From the NCBI GenBank assembly GCA_038321985.1, contig JBBQFN010000012.1, positions 1 to 64,000 of the forward strand: a DNA stretch of 64,000 bases. Direction: 5' to 3'. A program made the position numbers and the translations under genes. The notes below the pieces were generated by a model, which saw nothing but the letters and a program-made list of their open reading frames with translations, was not told the origin of the DNA and did no database searches. Of the stretch, positions 1 to 10,643 are shown one piece after another; positions within the stretch are counted from its first letter, which is position 1; each line of letters starts with the position of its first letter. Origin of the DNA: Cyanophyceae cyanobacterium. Its GTDB lineage: Bacteria; Cyanobacteriota; Cyanobacteriia; Cyanobacteriales; Laspinemataceae.

Positions 1-43
1 AAAATTGATATAATATGAAGTTTGTAGCGCTGCTCAAAGAGAA

Positions 44-157
44 ATGAAAGTTCGAGCATCCGTCAAGAAGATTTGCGAGAAGTGCCGCGTCATTCGTCGT
101 CGCGGTCGAGTCATGGTGATTTGTTCCAATCCAAAGCACAAACAACGTCAGGGTTAG
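44..157 (+). CDS. rpmJ: 50S ribosomal protein L36
   Basis: Manual translation [37 protein letters not shown] (below the ORF-track cutoff); directly upstream of rpsM. Confidence 0.97.
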   Translation: MKVRASVKKICEKCRVIRRRGRVMVICSNPKHKQRQG

Positions 158-265
158 ATCAATATCCCATCTCAGAATTCGGATGCCCTAAATTCTGGCA
201 TCTAGATCTGATCACAGTTGTTAGAAACGTAGAAAAACAGTAACCAGTAGAGGGAGAAAACGAGC

Positions 266-649
266 GTGGCACGAATTGCCGGAGTAGATCTTCCTCGCGA
301 TAAGCGAGTTGAGATAGGTCTACGATACATCTATGGGATTGGGCCAACGCGAGCCCACCAAATTTTGCAGCGCACCGGCGTTAGTCCAGATACCCGCGTT
401 AAAGATTTAACCGACGCCGAGGTAACGACCCTCCGGGAAGACTTAGAAAAAAATTACGAAGTCGAGGGGGATCTAAGACGCTTAGAGTCCATGAACATCA
501 AGCGTCTCATGGATATCGGCACCTACCGGGGTCGCCGTCACCGCATGGGACTCCCGGTTCGCGGACAAAGAACGCGGACCAATGCCCGAACCCGTCGAGG
601 AGGAAGGCGCACCGTTGCTGGTAAGAAAAAAGCCCCTTCCAAGAAGTAA
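266..649 (+). CDS. rpsM: 30S ribosomal protein S13
   Basis: [10 protein letters not shown]...[16 protein letters not shown] signature; GTG start. Confidence 0.98.
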   Translation: MARIAGVDLPRDKRVEIGLRYIYGIGPTRAHQILQRTGVSPDTRVKDLTDAEVTTLREDLEKNYEVEGDLRRLESMNIKRLMDIGTYRGRRHRMGLPVRGQRTRTNARTRRGGRRTVAGKKKAPSKK

Positions 650-739
650 GAGCGATTCAATCTCGAATCAGGTTCGGCTCAATGGAGCCGAGCTTCTTAC
701 CTGCGGTCAATCATTTAAACCTTCACTATTTCGAGCGAT

Positions 740-1135
740 ATGGCGCGACAAACAAGCAAAAAAACTGGCTCGCGGAAGCAAAAACGGAATGTGCCTAATG
801 GTGTGGGCTACATTCAGTCCACCTTTAACAACACCATTGTCACGATTACCGATCCAAACGGAGAAGTAATCTCTTGGGCAACCAGTGGATCTAGTGGCTT
901 TAAAGGCGCGAAAAAAGGAACTCCCTTTGCGGCTCAAACGGCGGCAGAAAACGCAGCTCGACGAGCAGTAGAGCAGGGGATGCGTCAAATTGAAGTGATG
1001 GTAACAGGTCCCGGTTCAGGCCGAGAGACTGCCATTCGCGCCCTCCAAGGGGCGGGTCTGGAAATCACCTTAATTCGGGACGTTACTCCAATTCCGCACA
1101 ATGGCTGCCGTCCACCCAAGCGCCGTAGAGTTTAA
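740..1135 (+). CDS. rpsK: 30S ribosomal protein S11
   Basis: [30 protein letters not shown]. Confidence 0.98.
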   Translation: MARQTSKKTGSRKQKRNVPNGVGYIQSTFNNTIVTITDPNGEVISWATSGSSGFKGAKKGTPFAAQTAAENAARRAVEQGMRQIEVMVTGPGSGRETAIRALQGAGLEITLIRDVTPIPHNGCRPPKRRRV

Positions 1136-1342
1136 ACATTGGTGCAACAAGCCTGGAAAAAAAACAAGTTAGACAAAGATTCGGACATCAGGAATGAGTG
1201 GAGATGAGGGATTTAAAACCTAGCACTCATCACTCATCACTCCGGTCGGTGGTCAAGTCCCCAGCACATGGGGAATTAGTCAGGATTAAACGAGGGAGGC
1301 TAAACTGGCCTTCGATGGATCGAGGAGAAGGGAGGTCACTCC

Positions 1343-2293
1343 GTGGCGCAGTTTCAGATTGAGTGTGTAGAGTCAAACACTGAAAGAGACCAGTCCCAGT
1401 ATGGAAAATTTCTACTGGAACCGTTAGAACGGGGTCAAGGCACGACGGTAGGGAATGCCCTCCGCAGAGTGCTACTTTCTAACTTAGAAGGGACAGCAGT
1501 AAGTGCAGTCCGCATTGCCGGTGTCAATCACGAGTTTGCCACAATTGAGGGCGTCCGAGAAGATGTTCTGGAAATTTTACTGAACATGAAGGAAGTCGTT
1601 CTCAAAAGCTACTCACCCCAACCGCAAATCGGACGCTTACTGGTTCAAGGTCCAACAACGGTAACGTCAGGTCGGTTTGATTTACCCTCAGAGGTCGAGG
1701 CGATCGACCCCAATCAGTATATAGCCACCGTTGCCGAGGGAGCCACCCTAGAAATGGAATTTCGGGTGGAAAAAGGCAAAGGATATAGAGCAGTGGACCG
1801 GAGTCGAGACGAAAACACTGCTTTAGACTTTCTCTTGATAGACGCTGTATTTATGCCTGTTCGCAAGGTTAACTACAGCGTTGAAGATGCAAGGGTTGGC
1901 GGATCTTCCGAGAAAGACCGATTGATTATGGAAATCTGGACGAATGGCTCGATTTCGCCCCAAGAGGCGCTCAGTCAATCGGCCAGTATCCTAGTGGATC
2001 TATTTTCTCCACTCAAAGATATCACGATCGAGTCAATGCTCGAAGAATCGCCGACCGAAGCCGACCCAACCAGCCAAATTCCGATTGAAGAATTGCAACT
2101 ATCTGTGCGAGCTTACAACTGTCTCAAACGGGCGCAAATCAACTCGGTTGCTGATCTACTCGACTACAGTCAAGAAGATCTGTTAGAAATTAAAAACTTC
2201 GGTCAAAAGTCGGCAGAAGAAGTCATCGAGGCATTGCAAAAGCGCCTAGGGATTACCTTGCCCCAGGAAAAGTCAGCTAAAACCAGCACTTAA
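1343..2293 (+). CDS. rpoA: RNA polymerase alpha subunit
   Basis: EPLERGQGTTVGNALRRVLL and the alpha-CTD LSVRAYNCLKRA; GGAGG RBS upstream. Confidence 0.98.
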   Translation: MAQFQIECVESNTERDQSQYGKFLLEPLERGQGTTVGNALRRVLLSNLEGTAVSAVRIAGVNHEFATIEGVREDVLEILLNMKEVVLKSYSPQPQIGRLLVQGPTTVTSGRFDLPSEVEAIDPNQYIATVAEGATLEMEFRVEKGKGYRAVDRSRDENTALDFLLIDAVFMPVRKVNYSVEDARVGGSSEKDRLIMEIWTNGSISPQEALSQSASILVDLFSPLKDITIESMLEESPTEADPTSQIPIEELQLSVRAYNCLKRAQINSVADLLDYSQEDLLEIKNFGQKSAEEVIEALQKRLGITLPQEKSAKTST

Positions 2294-2443
2294 GCGATCA
2301 AGTGTCAAGTGTCAAGTGTAAAGTCTGAAACGATCTGACTTCATCCTTTACACTTCACACTTTTTGCTTTCCTTTCGTCAATCCAGCGCTTATAATTTAT
2401 AGTTCATCCTTTATCGTTCAACCTACATAGTTGATACTTGATT

Positions 2444-2794
2444 ATGCGCCACCGTTGTCGCGTTCCCCAATTAGGTAAGCCTGCCGATCAGCGTAAAGCT
2501 TTGCTAAGAGCGCTGACTACAGAGCTCCTTCGTCATGGTCGAATCACGACCACCAAAGTTAGAGCAAAAGCCGTGCGCTCTGAAGCAGAACGGATGATCA
2601 CATTAGCCAAAAATGGTTCTTTACCTGCACGTCGGCAAGCCATGGGCTATGTCTATGATAAACAGCTAGTTCACGCGCTGTTTGAGAAAGCTCAAGAGAG
2701 ATATGGAAATCGTGAAGGCGGTTACACTCGAATCATGAGAACTGTTTCCCGCCGGGGAGATAATGCTGATATGGCAATTATCGAGTTAGTCTAA
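2444..2794 (+). CDS. rplQ: 50S ribosomal protein L17
   Basis: MRHR...GGYTRI...[17 protein letters not shown] at 2444. Confidence 0.97.
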   Translation: MRHRCRVPQLGKPADQRKALLRALTTELLRHGRITTTKVRAKAVRSEAERMITLAKNGSLPARRQAMGYVYDKQLVHALFEKAQERYGNREGGYTRIMRTVSRRGDNADMAIIELV

Positions 2795-2874
2795 GTGAAT
2801 CTTAGGATTTTAGAGGCCAAGGTTTTAGTATTTTTAACCCTAAAATCTCAGCCCTAAACCCTCATGCTTCCTTT

Positions 2875-3720
2875 ATGTCCTCCACTCATACGATGCTGAC
2901 CCAAAGAATTGCCCTGGTCATTCAATACCTGGGCACTCATTTTCATGGGTGGCAACGGCAACCGAATCAAAGGACGGTGCAAGAGGAGATTGAAACAGTA
3001 GTGACCCGGGTCTTAAACCGACCGACTAGCGTGATTGCTGCTGGAAGAACGGATACTGGGGTTCATGCAGCCGCTCAAGTGGCTCATTTTGAAGCTACCA
3101 GTCCGATTCCACCAGAAAGATGGGCGGGGGTTATTAATAGCCATCTCCCTAACGATATTTTGGTCTTAGCATCGGCGGCGGTAGACCCCCCGTGGCACTC
3201 TCGATTTTCGGCGATTTCACGTCGCTATCGATACACCCTCTATACCGACCGGCAACCTAACTTGTTCGTGCGCCCCTTTTCTTGGCATTATTATTATGCA
3301 CCCCTGGATGAATCCTTAATTCAGGAGGCCCTAAACCCTTTGGTCGGTCATCACCATTTGGCAGCCTTTCACCGGGCTGGATCTCAGCGCCAGCATTCCT
3401 GGGTAGAGGTACAGGAAGTCAGGTGCGATCGCAACGGGCCATTCGTTCAGATCGAAGTGCAAGCCAACGGGTTCCTCTATGGGATGATGCGGCTATTGGT
3501 TGGCTTGTTGGTTGAGGTTGGCACATCTGAGCGAGACGTCGCCTCCTTTAAAGATCTGTGGATAAACGAGCGTCGGGAAGAAGTTAAATATGCAGCACCC
3601 GCCCAGGGTCTATGCTTATTGCGAGTTGCTTATCCTGAGTCTCCCTTTCCCCCAAAAATTTGGTGGGATACGATGCCACAGTTTGTCCTAAGTCCCTCTT
3701 TTATGAAGCTTCCTTCTTAG
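2875..3720 (+). CDS. truA: tRNA pseudouridine(38-40) synthase
   Basis: AGRTDTGVHA catalytic motif, FLYGMMR, APAQGLCL; usual cyanobacterial position. Confidence 0.96.
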   Translation: MSSTHTMLTQRIALVIQYLGTHFHGWQRQPNQRTVQEEIETVVTRVLNRPTSVIAAGRTDTGVHAAAQVAHFEATSPIPPERWAGVINSHLPNDILVLASAAVDPPWHSRFSAISRRYRYTLYTDRQPNLFVRPFSWHYYYAPLDESLIQEALNPLVGHHHLAAFHRAGSQRQHSWVEVQEVRCDRNGPFVQIEVQANGFLYGMMRLLVGLLVEVGTSERDVASFKDLWINERREEVKYAAPAQGLCLLRVAYPESPFPPKIWWDTMPQFVLSPSFMKLPS

Positions 3721-3832
3721 CTTTCATTACATATCTGGTCCAAGGTGCGGTGAAGCATGAGGGCCTGATCGGGGCGACGGCCTCCCCTGCAACGAGCCAA
3801 GCGAATTGACAACTGATAACTACTAACTAACA

Positions 3833-4288
3833 ATGAACAAAACCTACGTTCCTCCACAAGGCTCCATCGAGCAAAAGTGGTATGTGGTCGATGCCGCTAA
3901 CCAGCGTCTGGGCCGGTTGGCTGTGGAAATAGCCCGCATCCTGCGCGGTAAAAATAAACCCACCTATACTCCTCACATGGATACAGGTGATTTCGTGATC
4001 GTGGTCAACGCCGAAAAAATTGAAGTCACCGGCAAAAAACGTACCCAAAAACTCTACCGCCGGCATTCCGGTAGACCGGGTGGGATGAAAACCGAGACCT
4101 TTGACAAGCTCCAAAATCGCTTGCCGGAGAGAATTATCGAGCAAGCTGTCAAGGGAATGCTGCCTAAAAATAGCTTGGGGCGACAGTTGTTCACCAAGTT
4201 GAATGTGTATGCCGGGACGGAGCATCCTCACGCCGCTCAAAAACCTGAAACTCTGACCATTAACACTATTCCCGGAGGTAATTCTTAA
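3833..4288 (+). CDS. rplM: 50S ribosomal protein L13
   Basis: [31 protein letters not shown]. Confidence 0.98.
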   Translation: MNKTYVPPQGSIEQKWYVVDAANQRLGRLAVEIARILRGKNKPTYTPHMDTGDFVIVVNAEKIEVTGKKRTQKLYRRHSGRPGGMKTETFDKLQNRLPERIIEQAVKGMLPKNSLGRQLFTKLNVYAGTEHPHAAQKPETLTINTIPGGNS

Positions 4289-4701
4289 TGCAAGGAATCC
4301 AACAAAGTGGCCGCGTCATGTATTGGGGTACGGGACGTCGTAAGTCTTCCGTAGCACGGGTGCGCCTGGTTCCAGGTAACGGTACCGTGACGATCAATGG
4401 CAAAACGGCAGAAATCTATCTCCAGTACAACGCCGGTTACCTGGGTGCCACCAAAGCTCCCCTAGAAACCCTGGGACTGGAAAATGAATATGACGTCCTG
4501 GTGAATGTCAGAGGCGGCGGGTTAACTGGACAATCGGAATCGATTCGTTTAGGGGTCGCTCGTGCTCTGTGCCAGCTTGATCCTGAAAATCGCCAACCGC
4601 TCAAAGTGGAAGGCTTTCTCACCCGCGACCCTCGTGCGAAAGAACGGAAAAAGTACGGTCTGCGGAAAGCTCGGAAGGCACCTCAATACTCCAAACGTTA
4701 A
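4288..4701 (+). CDS. rpsI: 30S ribosomal protein S9
   Basis: [36 protein letters not shown] overlap with rplM. Confidence 0.98.
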   Translation: MQGIQQSGRVMYWGTGRRKSSVARVRLVPGNGTVTINGKTAEIYLQYNAGYLGATKAPLETLGLENEYDVLVNVRGGGLTGQSESIRLGVARALCQLDPENRQPLKVEGFLTRDPRAKERKKYGLRKARKAPQYSKR

Positions 4702-4828
4702 GGAGTGGGGTCAAAGGTCTTTTGTCATTGGTGGTTTGATATTTTCCCAATGACAAATGACTGCTGACCATGACACCGAAGGCTAAAATAAAAAAGAAAA
4801 AACGACGGGAATATAAGAGGACAAACCA

Positions 4829-5086
4829 ATGCCAAGATCAGGAATTCATCCAGAATGGTATCCAGAGGCTAAAGTGATCTGCAACGGTGAAGTTGTAATG
4901 ACTGTTGGTTCCACCAAGCCTGAAATTAATGTAGATGTATGGTCCGGAAATCATCCTTACTATACCGGTAACCAAAAAGTGATCGATACAGAAGGACGGA
5001 TTGAACGCTTCCGTCGTAAGTATGGAATGACCTCGACCAGTGCCACGGGAGAGACTGCTCAAAAGCAAACTCCTCCTCAGCAGTAG
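4829..5086 (+). CDS. rpmE: 50S ribosomal protein L31
   Basis: IHPEWY, DVWSGNHPYYTG, GRIERFRRKYG. Confidence 0.96.
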   Translation: MPRSGIHPEWYPEAKVICNGEVVMTVGSTKPEINVDVWSGNHPYYTGNQKVIDTEGRIERFRRKYGMTSTSATGETAQKQTPPQQ

Positions 5087-5216
5087 CCGGGGTATTTTAG
5101 CTGTTAGCTGTGATGAATAGCAAAGGGCTTTCTTGCCAATTTGCTATGGTTAAATCAGCTAACTGCTAGAGATGCACAAGCCCCCCCTGCCTACTTTTTA
5201 GACTGAGGACTGCGCT

Positions 5217-6320
5217 ATGGCCGAAACTTATCTGCTCGATAAATTAAAATCTGTTGAACAAACTTTTCACGAATTGACTCGGCGGATGGCAGATCCAGAT
5301 ATTGCCAGAGATCCTAACGAGTTTCAAAAAGTGGCAAGAGCCCGTTCCTCTTTAGAGGAAGTGGTGATTACTTATGAAAATTGGAAAAATACCGAAGAGG
5401 AGTTAATCGGCGCAAGGCAGGTCCTCAAGGAAGCAAGCAGTGATGTTGAATTGCAACAGATGGCAGCCCTGGAAGTGGGGGAACTGGAGGAGCAACTCAA
5501 ACAGCTTGAGACCCGCCTAAAGATTTTGCTGCTGCCTCGGGACCCGAATGATGATAAAAACATCATGCTGGAAATTCGGGCCGGTACGGGTGGTGATGAA
5601 GCCAGTATCTGGGCGGGGGATTTGGTGCGGATGTACTCGCGCTATGCGGAAACCCAAGGGTGGCGCGTGAAGATGTTGAGCGAGTCCACGGCGGATATGG
5701 GCGGATTTAAAGAGGCGATCCTGGAAATTCAGGGGGACCGAGTTTATAGCAAGCTCAAGTTTGAAGCGGGGGTCCATCGGGTGCAACGGGTCCCCCTGAC
5801 GGAAGCTGGGGGTCGAGTTCATACTTCTACGGCAACGGTTGCGGTGATGCCGGAGGTGGATGATGTGGAGATCCATATTGACCCGAAGGAGATTGAACTG
5901 ACGACGGCGAGATCGGGTGGTGCTGGGGGTCAAAACGTTAACAAGGTGGAAACGGCGGTGGATTTGTTCCATAAGCCGACGGGGATCCGGATTTTCTGTA
6001 CGGAGGAGCGATCGCAGCTTCAAAACCGGGAACGGGCGATGCAGATTCTGCGAGCGAAGCTGTATGATTTGAAGTTGGCTGAACAACAGGAAGCGGTGAC
6101 TTCGATGCGCCGATCGCAGGTGGGAACAGGTGCCCGTTCGGAAAAGATTCGTACTTACAATTACAAAGATAACCGGGTCACGGATCACCGATTGGGGCAC
6201 AACTTTGCGCTGATGAGTACCCTGGAAGGGGATATTGAGGAAGTGATTCAATCTTGCATTACTCAGGATCAGCAGGAACGGCTGGTGGAACTAGCTGCTT
6301 CAACCACTACGATGGTGTAG
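5217..6320 (+). CDS. prfA: Peptide chain release factor 1
   Basis: GGQ motif ([11 protein letters not shown]), PxT-type motif [16 protein letters not shown]. Confidence 0.97.
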   Translation: MAETYLLDKLKSVEQTFHELTRRMADPDIARDPNEFQKVARARSSLEEVVITYENWKNTEEELIGARQVLKEASSDVELQQMAALEVGELEEQLKQLETRLKILLLPRDPNDDKNIMLEIRAGTGGDEASIWAGDLVRMYSRYAETQGWRVKMLSESTADMGGFKEAILEIQGDRVYSKLKFEAGVHRVQRVPLTEAGGRVHTSTATVAVMPEVDDVEIHIDPKEIELTTARSGGAGGQNVNKVETAVDLFHKPTGIRIFCTEERSQLQNRERAMQILRAKLYDLKLAEQQEAVTSMRRSQVGTGARSEKIRTYNYKDNRVTDHRLGHNFALMSTLEGDIEEVIQSCITQDQQERLVELAASTTTMV

Positions 6321-6374
6321 TTGACAAATTAACCTGTTTGGGGTGGAGCGAATGGCTGATTCTAAGCTATCTCT

Positions 6375-6407
6375 AAAAAAAGCGAGAACCTAGTTCTCGC
6401 TTTTTTT
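6375..6407. terminator. Bidirectional intrinsic terminator after prfA
   Basis: A7-GCGAGAAC-cta-GTTCTCGC-T7 between convergent genes. Confidence 0.85.
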
Positions 6408-6425
6408 GTGGGCGAGTGGGTCGTT

Positions 6426-7085
6426 TTATAGTGGGGAAAGCAGGGGGAGCCACTGTTGGGGGAAGGGATGACGGATAAAGATTTCGGAAGCGCGTTGATA
6501 GTGAGAGAAGGACCGGGTGAGATTGGCAATGCTATCGCCCTGTAAGCGCTCACTATAGGCCAACGCTAGATTGTCATGGGTGGTTCCCCACCGTTGTGAT
6601 TGGAGGCGAGTACAGGGAAACATGGGGAGGGCGGTTTCACCACAGGCGATCGCAATTTCTATAAAGTGGGCTTTTTTCCCTTCGGAATAGTTCCAAATTT
6701 GGCCGCCTAGATTAACCAGGATTGTGGCAAACTCAAGGGTTTGTGTTTGGCTGAGAGTCGGCAAAATGCCAATGACAACCCGAGATAGACGTTCAGCAAA
6801 GCGATCGGTTAGGAGTTCGTCATGCCTTGCTAAGGTGGGGTAGAGGGCGGTAGGGTGGCCCTGGACCTTCTCCATTTCCTGTACAACGGTGGTTAAAAAC
6901 CGAGTGGTTTGGCGATCGGTGGAGTGATGGAGGGCGATCGCCTCGGTGAGTGTACGCGGGCGATCGGTGGATTTGTGCCCATCCCTAGGTATCCATCCTG
7001 GGTTGGGGCGCTCTAGGGCCGCTTTGAAGCCATGAGAATTCTGTCGTCGTCTACTGGGAAGGTTGGCAAGGGTTCGCTCGTACAT
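6426..7085 (-). CDS. Hypothetical protein with one or two degenerate TPR-like repeats, possibly a truncated relic of a TPR-CHAT protein
   Basis: THDNLALAYSERLQGDSIANL...FPQQW resembles the repeat of cyanobacterial TPR-CHAT proteins; no CHAT domain follows. Confidence 0.55.
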   Translation of the reverse strand: MYERTLANLPSRRRQNSHGFKAALERPNPGWIPRDGHKSTDRPRTLTEAIALHHSTDRQTTRFLTTVVQEMEKVQGHPTALYPTLARHDELLTDRFAERLSRVVIGILPTLSQTQTLEFATILVNLGGQIWNYSEGKKAHFIEIAIACGETALPMFPCTRLQSQRWGTTHDNLALAYSERLQGDSIANLTRSFSHYQRASEIFIRHPFPQQWLPLLSPL

Positions 7086-7606
7086 GATTCGGTTCCTCCG
7101 CTAATTTCTTACGTCATTTTCTGCCGATCTCGCTAGTTGATACCGGGTTAAACTGGGGTGGCGCGGCTCAATGATCCGTGGGGATTAAGGGCGATCGCAC
7201 CCAGTCCTCTTTTCAATTCTTAATCTTTTGGGGCTGGGATGAAATCGTCCAAAGGGCAGAATTCCTGCATTTTTGGAGGGAGGAAATTGTTGATTTTCCT
7301 ACTTATGTTTGCCGAGATTTCACGGCGCGTCCGTATATTTTTTTACTAAAAAATAGTTAAAATGTTTGAGGGTATTTATCCAATTTTTTTTAAAAACTGT
7401 TCTCAAATTTTTAGGGTTAACGGTAAAAATAGATACCAAATGGTATAAAAAACAGGTTTATCCTGATTAGGATAGGCTGACGAATCACAGAAGTTTTGGG
7501 AAAACTTGATAGGCTAAAAGATTTTACAGAATCGTAGGCCAGTTAACTTAGCTGTGTCAAATCCCGCTAGGATGTGTCAGTGGCGCATAAACTACTCTGG
7601 AGAACC

Positions 7607-7692
7607 AGCTAACGCTTCCAATCAACGGCAGAAGATAACCTTCAATTTTTACTTATAATCTCGACTCCTTCCGGAGCAATAAAGTGTTAGGC
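7607..7692 (-). mobile_element. attC-like recombination site (86 bp) downstream of the PIN-domain gene
   Basis: Minus strand GCCTAAC-ACTTT-ATTGCTCCGG...CCGTTGAT-TGGAAGC-GTTAGCT; AAC/GTT core boxes and inner imperfect inverted repeat; colinear with 49441-49526. Confidence 0.6.
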
Positions 7693-7760
7693 GTCAAACC
7701 TTATATCTGTTTATTTATTCTTTAGTTTCCTCAAAATATGGGGTACAAATTCTTGAGCTA

Positions 7761-8938
7761 TTAATAGTAATTCTCAAGAATTTTATCAACAATTACTTCG
7801 CTTAAAATATTATTGGGGTCGATATTAATCTTTTTTATATCTGCATTATGTAAGAAGTCATTTTCATCTCTATATAGGGTGAGCGTCACTTCCACATTAA
7901 AATCAATGGAATGAGTAAAGACTTTATTTCTGGTTGTTGTTTCATCAACGTAATATTTATTGTCTGTAATAATTGCAAATTCTAAGATTTCATAGCTGAC
8001 ATTTGCATCATAATTAACATCTGCATCTAACTTAAACACTACTGAGGGTTGCTCCACATTTGAATTATTAATATAAAGCAATGAATAATCAGTAATATCT
8101 ACTGAATTGACAAAAATCTTAATTTCCTCACTGCCCGATTCAATTTCTAAGCTAGTTCCAGATAAATCAATCGAAAAATATAAAGCCAAGAATTTATCCT
8201 CTATGCCTCTTTTTATTTGATATTCTTTCTCTTTATATAGTTTATAGCATAGATCAACTTCTTCCTTTGAATCAGTTTCTTGACTGATAGTTTCTAGTAA
8301 TTTATCTAGCTTTTTTATACAAGTGAGGTTTTCGCTTCTTAAAGAACAAAAATTCTCCCAATCACGATCTCCACTAACGACATAAATTACTTTTTTTCTG
8401 TCTTTTGCCTCCTGCTGAAGAGCTAAAAGAGCAAAAGCATCTGGAAATTCATCTTTTTTCTTGCCTTCACCAAATGGTGGAGCCCCAGAAAAATAATTTT
8501 CAAAAATCTCAACCACTGAAACCTGATCGACTTCAATTTTTACAAATTCAGTCTCTTTCAAAAAAAATTTAGTTTGTCTTGAAGCTCTTGATTAATTTGT
8601 TCAAATGTAGGGGCCATGGTTTTAAAATTTTTCTCGAATTCATATAGTAAGTCGGAGTTTTTAGATATTCGGATATTTTTGTCATTGTTTGACGGTTTCT
8701 TGCGCTTATTGTTTAAATCATTGACAGCTTGTTTAACGGCTAGGGATGCGAGGTTAGCTCCTTCCTCAATATGTGTTCTCATTTCATCAAGATTTACAGA
8801 AGTTAAAAGAAGTATTATTTTTTTTTGTTGAACAAGTTTAACTAAAGTTTTAAAACTTTCTGACTGATAGTTAAAGTTATTGCTGTCAAAGACCTCTGTA
8901 TCAAGAGCAACTAACCGACGAGGACGTTTTATTTCCAT
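7761..8938 (-). pseudogene. PIN-like domain protein (DUF4935-type), split by a frameshift in a T8 homopolymer
   Basis: ORFs 8558-8938 (VALDTEVF, NLDEM) and 7761-8561 (KKDEFPDAF, VVSGDRDW) carry complementary halves of the PIN acidic motifs; one extra T at 8560-8567 joins them; strongly AT-rich. Confidence 0.75.
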
Positions 8939-9043
8939 ATTTTCATATACCCTGCCACAACCGAAAAAGGAAGCAATCTTACTATAGATTAGACCGCACT
9001 TGCATTATAACTCCCCTCAGAAGCCTATGCTCAAGCACTTGCG

Positions 9044-9111
9044 GTCTAACTCCGGTATTATGGGTGTTATCCGGCAACTCGGGGATAACACCCATAACAT
9101 CGGAGTTTTAC
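9044..9111. repeat. Long inverted repeat with AAC/GTT ends, a possible second recombination site bounding the PIN module
   Basis: 25-nt arms at 9048-9072 and 9083-9107 match at 23/25 with a 10-nt loop; minus strand ends in GTTAGAC. Confidence 0.7.
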
Positions 9112-9166
9112 TGTAGCGAGAGCGATGGAAACGACACACTTACCAATACATTGCCGACTCGGTTTG

Positions 9167-10159
9167 TCAGTCCACCAAAGCGCCACCACAACTTGATCCA
9201 GATCCAGCGGTGCATCCGTAACAAAAGGCAGCGGTTTGGACCTCGGTGAGTAAATCTAAACTGCCTGCGGATAACAGTTTTGCCACGGTGAGGGTTTCGC
9301 CCTCCATAGTTTTTGCGGGGATGCCTTCCATTTGATTAAAATCGCAGTCATAAATATTGCCTAAATAGTCGATAGAGAGTTCATTGCGACACATCAGATG
9401 GGGAACCGTTTCGGGATTAAAATTATTCTCTAGGAACTGTAAGTAAGGTTGATGAAGTTGTTGACGCTTGAGAGATAACTTCGTGCGCCCAATGGGTAAA
9501 TTGGTCAGGGTCAACAACTGGTTAAAGTTAAGGCCGTAATGTTCAGCTAGGTAGGTTTTATAATCTACTTCTAATTTCTCTTGGGGTGGGGGTAAATAAA
9601 ATTGGTCGCGAGAGGTGGGTAGGGATGGATTATAGACTAAATTTAAAATTAAATTAGGGTCAGAGCCATAGCCTAATTCATTAAGTAATTTTATTCCCTG
9701 GATGGATCTCTCATATACCCCATTACCTCGTATTTTGTCAACATTACGGGATAAATAACAAGGGAGAGAGGCCACGACTTGTAATTTATGTTGGGCAAAA
9801 TAGGCCGGTAATTCGGTAAACCCTTCTTCAAAAAAAATGGTTAAATTGGAGCGGACAATCACCTGTTTAGCAGCGGCGATGGATGCCTCAACTAGGGGTT
9901 TAAATCCGTAGTTCATTTCCGGTGCACCGCCGGTGAGATCCACGGTTTGAATTGAATCAAAGCGATGAATTAATTCAATGAGTTGGTTACAGACTTCCGA
10001 GGAAAGTTCTTCTGTGCGATTCGGTCCGGCTTCTACATGACAGTGACTGCAAGCCTGGTTACAACGCTTTCCTAAATTAATTTGTAATACAGTAATTTTA
10101 TTTTTAGTTAAGGGGGAACCGATTTTATGAGAGAATGGAGTAAGGACCGTTTGAACCAT
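9167..10159 (-). CDS. arsS: Radical SAM / Cys-rich protein, arsenosugar biosynthesis ArsS family
   Basis: CNQACSHC (CxxxCxxC), DLTGGAPE, YDCDFNQM, C-terminal CYGCTAGSGSSCGGAL; arsM nearby. Confidence 0.88.
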   Translation of the reverse strand: MVQTVLTPFSHKIGSPLTKNKITVLQINLGKRCNQACSHCHVEAGPNRTEELSSEVCNQLIELIHRFDSIQTVDLTGGAPEMNYGFKPLVEASIAAAKQVIVRSNLTIFFEEGFTELPAYFAQHKLQVVASLPCYLSRNVDKIRGNGVYERSIQGIKLLNELGYGSDPNLILNLVYNPSLPTSRDQFYLPPPQEKLEVDYKTYLAEHYGLNFNQLLTLTNLPIGRTKLSLKRQQLHQPYLQFLENNFNPETVPHLMCRNELSIDYLGNIYDCDFNQMEGIPAKTMEGETLTVAKLLSAGSLDLLTEVQTAAFCYGCTAGSGSSCGGALVD

Positions 10160-10406
10160 AAATAGCTCCTTTTGGTAGTTGTTTTTGACGTGGAGTGGTC
10201 TTTTAGTATTATTACACCATTCAGAGGATTAATGCCTCCTTAATTTAGGATAAATTTTGCTAGACGGACAAATCTACCCTAAGAAGGGGAGCTAAATCGT
10301 CCTTGTAAAATAAGAGACTGACGTGAGCAAAATCTGAGTGATTCATGCTCTGAACACCCGGAATGCCTCCGGGTGCAATTTCTTCAAATCGATTCTTAGA
10401 CTAGAC

Positions 10407-10643
10407 TTAAGGCTTTTTTCGGGAATTACTGGCAAATTGACCGTGAATATTGACTAGATAAGGGAGACAGTAGGATAATCCCGCAGAAATCCAACGGTCT
10501 TGGTTCATTTGCCCATTTAAAAAAGCCTTACCATGATTGATCACAAAGAGAACGGTCCCTACAAACAAAGCAACTTTTACCGCAGTTGGTGCAAACTGGG
10601 GATTAAATAAGATACCCCCCATTCTTTTCAAGAATTGATTCAT
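10407..10643 (-). CDS. nrtS: Small membrane protein, NrtS-type nitrate/nitrite transporter family
   Basis: KVALFVGTVLFVINHG...SYCLPYLVNIHG; two hydrophobic segments. Confidence 0.75.
   Translation of the reverse strand: MNQFLKRMGGILFNPQFAPTAVKVALFVGTVLFVINHGKAFLNGQMNQDRWISAGLSYCLPYLVNIHGQFASNSRKKP

Noticed and set aside
1136..1342. Absence of rpsD between rpsK and rpoA
   Set aside because: Normal for cyanobacteria, where rpsD lies elsewhere.
9167..10159. Selenocysteine recoding in ArsS
   Set aside because: The C-terminal motif is encoded with Cys (GSSCGGAL) and there is no in-frame TGA before the normal end.
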